64,000 nt of DNA from Octopus bimaculoides (Eukaryota): NCBI RefSeq assembly GCF_001194135.2, contig NC_068991.1, positions 18,886,804-18,950,803 on the forward strand, given 5' to 3'. The notes beneath the pieces are model-generated. The model searched no databases. It worked only from the letters and a program-made list of their open reading frames with translations, and had not been told where the DNA came from. This document shows positions 38,690 to 50,279 of this stretch, piece after piece (position 1 is the first letter of the stretch; each line of letters opens with the position of its first letter). A program made the translations under genes and the position numbers.

Positions 38690-39300
38690 ACCCCGAAAGA
38701 AGGATAAAAGGCAAAATCGACCTCGGCCGAACTTGAACTCAGAACATTGAGACGAACGAAATACCGCTAAGCATTTTGCTCAGCGCGGTAAAGATACTAC
38801 CAGCTCGCAGCATCAAGAACAACAACAATAATAAAAATCCTTTCTATTAAGAACACAAGACTTGAAATTTAGGGGCGGGATAGTTGATTACACGACCCCA
38901 GTACCCAACAGGTACTTATTTTATCGACTCCAAAAGGATGAGAGGCAAAGTCGACCTCGATGGAATTTGAACTCAGGACGTGAAAGGACGAAATGCCGCT
39001 AAGACATTTGCCAGGTGTGCTAACGATTCTGCCAGCTCTCCGCCTCAATAATAATATTATTAATAATAATAATAATAATAATAGTTTCTACTGGAGGCAC
39101 AATGCCTCAGGTTTCGGGAGAGGAAACTAATCGATTATATCGACCCCAGTGTTCCACTGCTACTTAATTTATCGAACCCCGCAAAAGGATGACCGGCAAA
39201 GTCGACCTCGGCGGAATTTGAACTCAGAATGTAGCGACAGACGAAATACCACTAAGCATTTAGCCCAGCGTGCTAACGATTCTGCCAGCTCGCCGCCTAA
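38690..39300 (-). mobile_element. Tandem array of ~3 SINE D units (opposite orientation)
   Basis: Repeated ggcaaagtcgacctcggcggaatttgaactcagaa...gctaacgattctgccagctcgccgcc. Confidence 0.85.
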
Positions 39301-39310
39301 TAATAATAAC

Positions 39311-39625
39311 ATCAAAATACAAAGACCTGGAAATAGAGGTAACTCGAATGTGGAATCTAAAAACAGAAACAATTCCTATCATAGTAGGTGCCTTAGGTAT
39401 AATAAAAAAATATTCAGACAAATACATAGCAAAAACACCAGGACTTACAAATATATATAACATACAGAAAATTGCACTACTGGGCACTGCACACATCCTA
39501 CGCAAAACACTTTCAATACAGTAACCATAAGAGCATCACAGCAAACCACAGCACATACCCAAGGCGCACAGAGCTGCGTTCGGTAGTGAAGTGAAAGCAT
39601 GCTATAAAAATAAAACTACTGAACA
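39311..39625 (+). mobile_element. R4/Dong-like retrotransposon 3' end (RLE C-terminus + 3'UTR)
   Basis: KYKDLEIEVTRMWNLKTETIPIIVGALG...QKIALLGTAHILRKTLSIQ*; flanked by (AAT)n. Confidence 0.85.
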
Positions 39626-39904
39626 ATAATAATAGTAGTAGTAGTAGTAGTAATAATAATAATAATAATTCTTTCAAATTTTAACAAAAAAGCCAGCAGT
39701 TTTGAGGGGAGGGGGCGGGTCAGTTACATTGTCACCGGGACTTAATTCATAATTTATTTTATTGACCCTGAAAAGATGAAACGCAGATTTGACCTTGGTA
39801 AGATTTCAGCTTATGTAAAAAGCCAAATGAAATGACACTAAGCATATCATCCGATGTGCCAACAACTATGCCAGCTCACCACTTTAATAATAATAATAAT
39901 AATA

Positions 39905-40360
39905 ATGATAATATTAATTAATTCTGGCTTTATTGGCCACAAGGGCTGATATAAATTAAAAACATGTAAGGACAAAGACAGAACGAAGGTTACAAAAGGT
40001 TTTGTCCGAAAAGAAGAAAACGTTTGTGTAAACAGAGGAAAAAACAGAGAAAGATATAACAAATAAAACTCCCAATAGGGGGAGGTGCTTCGAAAGGTTA
40101 CACGTGGAAAGACCCATAAAAGCCACGGGAGCCTGGTCAGAAAAATAAGGAAGGGGTATGGAGCCTTTTCTCCTTTTACATTGCCCTTTTTCTACAGGTG
40201 TATTCTCAGAATTGGTCCGTTCATACTGGCCATTCTTCCAACAGTCACCCATCTTTCAACAAATTTGCTACGAGACAGCACTTCCCTCTCTACTCTCATC
40301 TTCCTTTTCAAGTGGAAGTTGAAAAAGTTGAGGCCTTGGCCAAAGAGGAAAGTGTCCGAC
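39905..40360 (-). mobile_element. L1/Tx1-type LINE 3' end
   Basis: Minus-strand SDTFLFGQGLNFFNFHLKRKMRVEREVLSRSKFVERWVTVGRMASMNGPILRIHL*, then a UTR and an (ATT)n tail. Confidence 0.6.
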
Positions 40361-40384
40361 TTGAATAATAATTTATTTTACTAT

Positions 40385-40715
40385 TTATGCGCCCTTTCAA
40401 AGCCTCGCCAGGCTCATGGGCCCGGTTTCCCAGTCTCTATGGTGTATGTGTTCTCCTCCAGCTGGACAGGACACCAGTCAAAATCAGCGTTACTCAAGAA
40501 ACGGGAAGAAAGAGTGAGAGAAAGTTGGGGCGAAAGAGTACAACAAGGGTCGCCACCAACCCCTGCCAGAGCCTCGTGGAGCTTTAGGTGTTTTCGCTCA
40601 ATAAAAACACACACAACACCCGGTCTAGGAATCGAAACTGCGAACCTCCGACCGCGAGTCCGCTGCCCTAACCACTGGGCTATTGCACCTCCACAATAAT
40701 AATAATAATAATTCT
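40385..40715 (-). mobile_element. Chimeric SINE: family B head/body fused to family C 3' part
   Basis: Minus-strand B sequence to ...ttcccgtttct joins tgagtaacgctg...gactggtgtcctgtccagc...aaagggcgcat. Confidence 0.7.
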
Positions 40716-40930
40716 TTCAAATTTTAACAAAAAGGCCAGCAATTTTGAGGGAAGGGGGCAAGTCAGTTACACTGTCACCGGGACATAATTCATAATTTAT
40801 TTTATTGACCTTGAAAGGATGAAACGCAGATTTGACCTTGGTAAGATTTCAGCTTATGATGTAAAAAACCAATTGAAATGACACTAAGCATATCATCCGA
40901 TGTGCCAACAATTATGCCAGCTCATCACTC

Positions 40931-40964
<34 letters not shown>

Positions 40965-40965
<1 letters not shown>

Positions 40966-41320
40966 GACAACGTTTCCCTAATAAAAGAAATGGAAAAACT
41001 TTCAAAATACAAAGACCTGGAAATAGAGGTAACTCGAATGTGGAATCTAAAAACAGAAACAATTCCTATCATAGTAGGTGCCTTAGGTATAATAAAAAAA
41101 TATTCAGACAAATACATAACAAAAACACCAGGACTTACAAATATATATAACATACAGAAAATTGCACTACTGGACACTGCACACATCCTACGCAAAACAC
41201 TTTCAATACAGTAACCATAAGAGCATCACAGCAAACCACAGCACATACCCAAGGCACACAGAGCTGCGCTCGGTAGTGAAGTGAAAGCACGTTATAAAAA
41301 TAAAACTACTGAACAATAAT
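40965..41320 (+). mobile_element. Second R4/Dong-like 3' end, near-identical to 39311-39625
   Basis: SLIKEMEKLSKYKDLEIEVTRMWNLK...; (AAT)n on both sides. Confidence 0.85.
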
Positions 41321-41729
41321 AATGCATTCCCTTGGTGGCTGACAATATTTGATTCTCTGATCATGAGCATGTGTAGTGGGAGAGCATCATAGCCATGTGT
41401 TAAGAAGGATACTTTGGGGTTTAAATAATTCACCTCTGGAAACATGGGTGTTTCATTTATCATCATTAAACAAATGTTATTCATGAACCTTTTGAGCAGG
41501 AGCGGCTACTCGACCTGAAGAAAATTCTAACTGGGCTCCACCTGCAAGGTCATGTGCTGTTTATCTTTAAATGAGGTCACAGTGTCAAGCACATATGGTT
41601 GTGATGCATGTGCCTGGTGTACCCTTATCAGACCGGTAGTCATGGTTGGTATATATTGGGCTTCATATATTTGTACACCCCGTGTCACTTAGATGGCATG
41701 TACTGTTCTGTCACTCAATAATAATAATA

Positions 41730-41970
41730 ATCCTTTCTACTATAGACACAAGGCATGGAATTTGTGGGGAGGGGTAAGTCAATCACATTGACCTCAGTAT
41801 TTGACTGGTACTTATTTTATCACCCCCCCCCCCCCCACACACACACACAAAAAGGATGAAAGGCAAAGTCAACCTCAGCAGAAATTGAACTCAGAATGTA
41901 GCAACAGGTGAAATTCCACTAAGCATTTTATCCAGCGTGCTACTGATTCTGTCAGCTCACTGCCTTATAA
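41730..41970 (-). mobile_element. SINE D, CpG-decayed
   Basis: aaggcaaagtcaacctcagcagaaattgaactcagaatgtagcaacagg. Confidence 0.75.
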
Positions 41971-42002
41971 TAGTAATAATAATATNNNNNNNNNNNNNNN
42001 NN

Positions 42003-42124
42003 GACTCTTATATGCTAGAAATAGATGCCAAATCATCTAACCACGAAGGATATGTTCTCAGTAAAAATTTCAGTGACACAACAGACCGTAAAAGGGCATC
42101 TATTTCTAGCATATAGGAGTCCAC
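42003..42124. mobile_element. ~120-bp MITE; partial second copy at 63709-63812
   Basis: TIRs gactcttatatgctagaaatagatgcc / ggcatctatttctagcatataggagtc. Confidence 0.8.
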
Positions 42125-42250
42125 TTTTGCTGGTCATTCCTCTTATTTTTGTGTATATATATATATATATATATGAATATATTTATATGTACATATGTGC
42201 GTGTATGTAAATTATATATGCATGTGTAAATATATATATATATATATATA

Positions 42251-44225
42251 TATCCTTTCATATCCTTGCAGAACTGTCTGTCCAAGACAGATGGTTCTGA
42301 AATTTCTTTTGGAACAACCTGCACTAGAGCTTTGTTTATAATGACCCAATGTATGTGCTGTACATTACCTCACTCCCTCCATCAAATCAATGTTGCCCGG
42401 ACAGGTGTGCGGTGTACCACACTTCAGGTGTTGAAGTGATTGGTGAGTAACATGAAACGAATTGCTTTGCTTGAGAACACAATGGACCACCTGGTCCAGG
42501 AATTGAAACCATGATCTCTCAATTATGAATGCAACATCCTAACCACCAGGCCATGTGCTCTCAACTGTCCTTCTCATACAATCTTGCAACCTGGTACTTA
42601 TTTTGAACTCAGAATCTAGCAACAGATGCAATTCCACTAAGCATTTTATCCAGCATGCTACTGATTCTGTCAGCTTACTGCCTTTGGTTTATTATAATAG
42701 TAATAATAATAATTATCATTTCAAATTTTTGTCACGAGAGCAGCTTGGGAGAAATGGGCATGAGTCGATTGCATCTACCCCCAGTGTTCAACTGGTACTT
42801 ATTTTATCAACCCTGAAGAGATGAAAAGAAAAGCCGCCCTCAGTGGAATGCCACTAACCATTTCATCCAGTGTGCTGACAATTCTGTCAACTGGTTGCCT
42901 TATTATATAGTAATAATAACAATAATAATAATAATAAATGATATATTACTAATATCATCATAGTGTTGAAGAGATTATGTGTATTGTATTACTGTGTACC
43001 TCTGTGGTTAGAAATCAATGAAATAAATTTTTAAAATGTTTTGTTTCAAATAAATAATGCTTCTTTACTAGAATTTTCTTTTTCTCACAAAAAAAAAACC
43101 CAAAAAACAAAAGAAAAGCGCCGCTCACCAACATTGATTTCTGCAAGGAAAAATCATTTTCAATAGATTTTTATATTAGTATTATTTTTATGTATTTTTC
43201 TCTTATAGGAGTTTTTTTTTTTTTTGAAAAAAAATCAATAAAAATGTAGAAATTTTTTTTTTTTTTTTCCTGTTATCCAAAGTTATAAGTAAATAATTTT
43301 GCTTATATTGTTTATTGTTATGAGGTGTTAAATAAATAAAATTTAAAGAAAACCAAAAAACAGATTATATATATTAAACACAGTTGGGAAGTCTAGCCTG
43401 AAGAAAAACTGAATTTTCAATCTACAGCTTTCCCATTCAAGTCTTATTGTGTCCTTGCTGTGTTGTCAGTTAGACAATAGAAGGCTTGCAGTGAGGGGAA
43501 TTACAACAGGATAAGATTAGTTTAAAATGTTGAGCTTAATCCATTCTTAGTTCCCTCATTTGTCTTTGCGGGCGGGGGGTTGAAATCATTTTCAAAGAGA
43601 TATATTATGTAGATTATTGGTGAGTTTATAAATTAGTAAATAGTGCAGGTACAAGGCATGGCTGTGTGGTTAAAAACATTTGCTTTTTCAACCACATGGT
43701 TCTGGGTTCAGTCCCAAGGTGACACTTTGGGCAAGTGTCTTCTACTACAAAGAAAATGGCAAGTGTCTTCCACCGAAGAAAAAAAAAATGATCAGAAGGG
43801 GTCACAAGAATGAATGGTGATGAGGTGTCCAGTGGGGTCCCACAAGGCACAAAGTGGGTAGGAGTGGGGTGGGGGTATGGGAGTGTAGTTTTCAAGATTG
43901 TATGAGAAGGACAGTTGAGAGCACATGGCTTGGTGGTTAGGATGTTGCATTCATAATTGAGAGATCATGGTTTCAATTCCTGGACCAGGTGGTCCATTGT
44001 GTTCTCAAGCAAAGCAATTCGTTTCATGTTACTCACCAATCACTTCAACGCCTGAAGTGTGGTACACCACACACCTGTCCAGGCAACATTGATTTGATGG
44101 AGGGAGTGAGGTATTGTACAGCACATACATTGGGTCATTATGAACAAAGCTCTAGTGCAGGTTGTTCCAAAAGAAATTGCAGAACCATCTGTCTTGGACA
44201 GACAGCTCTGCAAGGATATGAAAGA

Positions 44226-44230
<5 letters not shown>
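42251..44230. repeat. Inverted duplication: arms 42251-42586 and 43893-44230 (SINE C3 plus flank), ~97% identical
   Basis: The arms align as reverse complements with about 10 differences. The match includes flank caagattgtatgagaaggacagttga beyond the SINE head. Confidence 0.9.
43129..43140 (-). CDS. Candidate 12-nt microexon (xAA ATC AAT GTT G = [E/K/Q]INV)
   Basis: Minus strand: tactaat branch-like site ~35 nt upstream, then gatttttccttgcag|AAATCAATGTTG|gtgagc. Frame-preserving, in unique non-repeat sequence. Confidence 0.55.
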
Positions 44231-44258
<28 letters not shown>

Positions 44259-45124
44259 NNNNNNNNNNNNNNNNNNNNNNNNNNNNNNNNNNNNNNNNNN
44301 NNNNNNNNNNNNNNNNNNNNNNNNNNNNNNNNNNNNNNNNNNNNNNNNNNNNNNNNNNNNNNNNNNNNNNNNNNNNNNNNNNNNNNNNNNNNNNNNNNNN
44401 NNNNNNNNNNNNNNNNNNNNNNNNNNNNNNNNNNNNNNNNNNNNNNNNNNNNNNNNNNNNNNNNNNNNNNNNNNNNNNNNNNNNNNNNNNNNNNNNNNNN
44501 NNNNNNNNNNNNNNNNNNNNNNNNNNNNNNNNNNNNNNNNNNNNNNNNNNNNNNNNNNNNNNNNNNNNNNNNNNNNNNNNNNNNNNNNNNNNNNNNNNNN
44601 NNNNNNNNNNNNNNNNNNNNNNNNNNNNNNNNNNNNNNNNNNNNNNNNNNNNNNNNNNNNNNNNNNNNNNNNNNNNNNNNNNNNNNNNNNNNNNNNNNNN
44701 NNNNNNNNNNNNNNNNNNNNNNNNNNNNNNNNNNNNNNNNNNNNNNNNNNNNNNNNNNNNNNNNNNNNNNNNNNNNNNNNNNNNNNNNNNNNNNNNNNNN
44801 NNNNNNNNNNNNNNNNNNNNNNNNNNNNNNNNNNNNNNNNNNNNNNNNNNNNNNNNNNNNNNNNNNNNNNNNNNNNNNNNNNNNNNNNNNNNNNNNNNNN
44901 NNNNNNNNNNNNNNNNNNNNNNNNNNNNNNNNNNNNNNNNNNNNNNNNNNNNNNNNNNNTACATATGAGAAGGGATGACTACTAAGTGGACATCCATTAC
45001 GCTATAGATAGACCATCTACGGTCAAACCACAAAAGAAAAGAATGTTCTCTATCCAATTTATCACCCTTATTATTTAAATATATATATAAATATATATTA
45101 CAGTAGCACAACTTTTTTTTGTCA

Positions 45125-45553
45125 CTCTTTTACTCTTTCATTTGTTTCAGTCATTTGACTGCAGCCATGCTGGAGCACTGCCCGTAGTCAAACAAATTGA
45201 CCCCAGGACTTATTCTTTGTAAGCCTAGTACTTATTCCATCGGTCTCTTTTACCAAACCGCTATGTTATGGGGACGCAAAGACACCAGCATCAGTTGTCA
45301 AGCGATGGTGGGGGCACAAACAGAGACATACAAACATACACACACACATGCACAACACACACACACATACACACACACACACACATATATGACAGTCTTC
45401 TTTCAGTCTCCATCTACTAAATCCACACACAAGGCTTAGGTTGGCCTGAGGCTATAGTAGAAGATACTTGCCCAAGGTGCTACGCAATGAGACTGAACTC
45501 GGAACCATGTTGTTAGTAAGCAAGCTACTTACCACACAGCCACTCCTGCACCT
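45125..45553 (-). mobile_element. SINE A, CpG-decayed
   Basis: Reverse complement of the family A consensus. Confidence 0.85.
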
Positions 45554-45763
45554 GTTGTATATGTATATTTATTATAATTATTATATTTTCTCATGTTTGT
45601 TTTCATCATTGTCCTGTACATTTGTTAGCTATTCCTAGTGGCTTTTTGAAAAGTGAACAATATCAATGATAAAGGACATGAAATTGCCAAGATATTTTGG
45701 ATGTAGACTGATGAGGAATTAGCTACAAATTTTCCATTTTTTATGTTTTTGTTAAACTATTTG

Positions 45764-45794
<31 letters not shown>

Positions 45795-46379
45795 CTAATC
45801 GAAATATACAGTATTATATATCCATTACAGCTGATCTTACCAATTGGTTTTGCACTATGAGTGTTAAGTAACAGTCCGATTATGTAACCCTGTACTCTTC
45901 AGAGGTAGTCATTATGAAATGAATTATGGCAACCTGATTTATGGAATCTTATATCGCTTACACACACACACACACACAAATATATATATATACACACAAA
46001 CATATACACACACACACATATACACACTGAGTTATACATATACATACATACATACACACTCACTCTCACACATGTGCACACACATGCACACACACACATA
46101 AATACATACATAAATACATACATACATGCATGCATACATGCATGCATACATATCGCACCTCATAACAGCATCAGGCGTCTATAAAGAATTTAAGTTGTTT
46201 TGCATGTGGCGCTGAAGACCGACAAACATTACTTCCACATAGAGAATAACTACATTACCTGTTAATAGAATTTTATTGGATTGCTGTGGCTTCAACATTC
46301 TTCACTTCACATAGACCTATTCCATTAAACCTTCAAGAGGAACTTAAGATGTCTGCAGTTTACTTTCTTTATTCTGACA

Positions 46380-46724
46380 TTTGCAAATAAGTACGTAAAA
46401 TAGAAATTGATACAGATAAATATAGAGAGAAAGTAAAATTTAGGAAAGAAAAAAAACTATATAAAATAAAGATATATAAATATGAATAAAATCTATATTG
46501 AATAATCTCTGTTGCTACCTTCTTCCTTTCCCTCTTTATTTCTTTTTTATACATGTGTGTGGTATGCTTATGTGTTTGTGTGTTGATAGACATGTGTATA
46601 TATATATATATATATATAAAGATATGTATATATTATACACATATGTATATATGTATGCATATATACATAAATAAGCATTCTATATGTGTGTGTGCATTTA
46701 TGTATGCATGTGTATATATATATG

Positions 46725-46760
<36 letters not shown>

Positions 46761-46926
46761 AGTGAGTGTACATACACATATCTATATACGTGTGAGTGTT
46801 TGTATATCTATATGCATATAAGTTTAAATGCATATATATATATGTGCATATATGCATATATATGTATATGTGTGTGTTTGTGTATATGTCTAAATCTATA
46901 TATATGTATATATATATATATATATG

Positions 46927-46978
<52 letters not shown>

Positions 46979-47329
46979 TAATTTAAGGAAAGACACATAT
47001 ATATATATGCGCAATATATGAAAATTGTATTTCAAAATCTATTATCTCTGTCTGAGATGAAAGATAAAAGACATTAAAAAAAAAAGGAAAAAGAAAAACA
47101 GAAAAATATTCCTACTAAAAATGGTAAACAAAAGTAGCAGACTTGATTCCTGCCAGAATGAGACAACGGTGATTCCAGTATCTTTTGCAGTAGATATATT
47201 TTGGTTAAAGTAAATATAATAAATGGATTAACAGCAAGATATACATATCTGCATAGAGATATGTATGTATGTATGTATGTATAATGTATATGTATGCATA
47301 TGTATGTATATAAATGTGTGTGTAGATAT

Positions 47330-47401
<72 letters not shown>

Positions 47402-47787
47402 ATGTATTTGTACGTTTATGTATATGAGTCTAGCTATGTATAAATGTGTGTGTGTGTATGCATATTTGTATATCAATATAGATGTATGTACATATTTGTA
47501 AGTTTGTGTGAATGTATGCATGTGTGAGTGTATGGTCATACATTTCTATTGTTTATTTTAACTGTATATTTACATAAACATATACACACTCACACACACA
47601 CATGCGTGTGTGTGTTTATAGATACACCTATACATACTTATATACTTATATACACCTGTGCATACATACATACATATATACTTATGTATATATATATATA
47701 TATAATGGTATACACACATACATATATATATACACACATATGTACTTATACCTGCATATATGTTCAGATGCACCTGTACATATATAC

Positions 47788-47835
<48 letters not shown>

Positions 47836-48299
47836 TGATGGGTCAATATTTTTATATGCTTGCGTTTTGAAAATATACAAGAATGTAAGTTTTGCGTTGT
47901 TGTTTATATAAGATATGTAAATGTGTGTGAGTGTGTTTGTTTGTTTGTTTGCATATTTTTTGTTTGTTTGTTTGTATGTGCGTCTGTGTTTGTGTCTATG
48001 CATATGTGTTTGTATGTATTCCCGTGTGCTCGTGTGATTAGAAAGAAGCATTGGAATTGATAATCTGATGTCTGAGTTTTTTCCGATAATCTTCAATGGA
48101 AAGAGAAGCCAAACATATTTCTGTTCTAATCCTCCTTGTTCTCAGTAAGACAAAGTGGCAACAATTCTAGAGATAATGGTTATGGACAATCAGGAAAGGC
48201 ATTGGTAAAATAACCATTTCTTGCAGTTTTATTTATCAAGTTTACAGGTGTGTGTGTACTTTGGCTGTGTTTGTATGTCTGTGTGTGTGTATGTGTGTC

Positions 48300-48336
<37 letters not shown>

Positions 48337-48571
48337 TGAGTGCGTATGTGTGTATATATGTATATATGCGTGTATGTGTGTGTGTATTTATGGGTATGTA
48401 TATGTGTGTGTGTGTATACAAATGTGCTTCTGTGTGTGTATTTGTGTGTGAGTGTTTGTATGTGGTAGTGTACATGTATGCTGTGGTGTCTGCAGGTGTG
48501 CGTGTGTGTGTGTATATATGTTTATGTGAGCCTGTGTGAGTGTGTGCATCAGCATATGTGTGTAACTATGT

Positions 48572-48608
<37 letters not shown>

Positions 48609-48700
48609 CGCGCGCGCACGTAGTGAGGTTGTTTATGCAAGTGCTTTTGTCTGATGTGCGTGCGTGCGTGCGTGCGTGCGTGCGTGTGTAAGAGCGCTCG
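46380..48700. repeat. Dense (TA)n/(CA)n/(TG)n microsatellite field
   Basis: Visible dinucleotide and tetranucleotide repeats. Confidence 0.95.
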
Positions 48701-48719
48701 CAAGTGTTTTCAAATCCGC

Positions 48720-49990
48720 ATGTTTGTTTGTAAAGCGATTTTGCCTGACCAGAAATGAGTCTCATACATACAGCGATGCGCCCTGAAGAGGGCGATCAAA
48801 TATGAATCAATGGCGCTTAGTGACGAGACAGTGATATAGATGAGAGGGTGAGCTAGCCTAAAGAGGCGATTAGCAAAGGCATCGCAAATGATGTGGTAGC
48901 GGCAAGGATGGCTCTCAACCGTTTCTTCAACGTGGAACACGAAGGTTTCGTAACCAGGGCTAGAGTTTTTGCACTAAAACAAGAGATAATAAAACTGTGT
49001 GATAAGCGCGACCTGTCAACGCAGCCGCGATTTAGTCTTTGGTAAACCAGGATTGACTAGTGCTTCTCGGTTCCAAGCAAATGTGTGCAGCATTCCATAA
49101 ATGCTTTGCTCGACTGTTGAGAGCAAGCAAAAAATTAGAGACTAACATGGACTTTAGTGACCACCGCGATTCGCTGCAACGGCTCTCGGCTGGAGAAACA
49201 AGGCACTGTGAAAGGTAAATAACAGCGATTGAGGTAAAGGAAGTGTTAGTTGTTCTACAAGGTGTAAATCACCCGGTTTGGATGGTCTGCATTATGAGTT
49301 TTATGGTTATGTGTCAGACCTGTTTGGCGACCTTTTGGCAAACGTCTATCGCAACTGGCAGCAAAACGAAAGAATTCCCAGTTCAGTGGGCAGATGTGAG
49401 AGGCATATCTTTTGAACTAGAATGCAAGAGAAATTTGTCGACGTATGCAGATGACATCATCATAGAGGTGTCAAGTACCACGGATGCGCAAGTAGTCGAT
49501 TCCAGGAGCAAAGATAGAAGACAATTTGGAAAGGCAAATCTATGCCAACGATCGCTCTAGTAGGTCGCTGGACAAACGGAGTAGCTAAATTGCTCGAAGT
49601 TTGCCTTGGTCTCCAGACCTCCAAGTGGACAGGCTGCGAGCAGGGTGGTCAGCCTCACTCAGAAATGGGATGAGAGGGAGCTATCCCTGAAAAGTCAAGC
49701 AGATGTGGCGAATGCCTACATCACCTCCATAATAACTTACCGACTGGCGCTCCGCCGGCGTTCGCTTCCATGACCCGGCAAGGAACCTGCGCGGAAAACC
49801 ATAATTGGTTCCGGGGGGAGTATGGTTTCAAATCAGAAACTTAGATTGTCTCAGATTTTGTTTAACCAGACTGGAGCATCTATTTTTCTGCTTCCTGTGG
49901 CAGGGATGTGTTCCACTGGTCAGGCGGTCCCACCTGTTATCAGCGCCCTCTGGAAGGCAGGCTTGGCATTCCGTGGCTGCTGAAACACAG
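48720..49990 (+). mobile_element. L1/Tx1-type ORF2 linker + RT fragment, decayed
   Basis: ALKRAIKYES, ARMALNRFFNVEHEGFVTRARV, LSTYADDIII (YADD), LSLKSQADVANAYITSIITYRLA. Confidence 0.8.
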
Positions 49991-50279
49991 GCGCGCTAAG
50001 ATTACACCATCTGTTTATTCAACTTCAACGAAATATTCCAAATTTGACACATAATAACCTCAACATTTTAGTATCCAGCATTGGCAACACCACAACCAAC
50101 AAGAATAGCGTAGTGTATCATGAACATGGGTGGATTACTCCATCACAACTACCAATACCACAACCGCCGCTGCTTTTACCGCATCCACATCAGCCAGGAG
50201 CATCACCACCATTAACACCACAACTAACATAACAACAGCATCATCAGCAAAACAAAATATGGCAAAACTGTCTCAACCA

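Noticed and set aside
45841-45930. Exon ending at TTG|gtaaga
   Set aside because: No convincing acceptor, and the longer versions contain stops.
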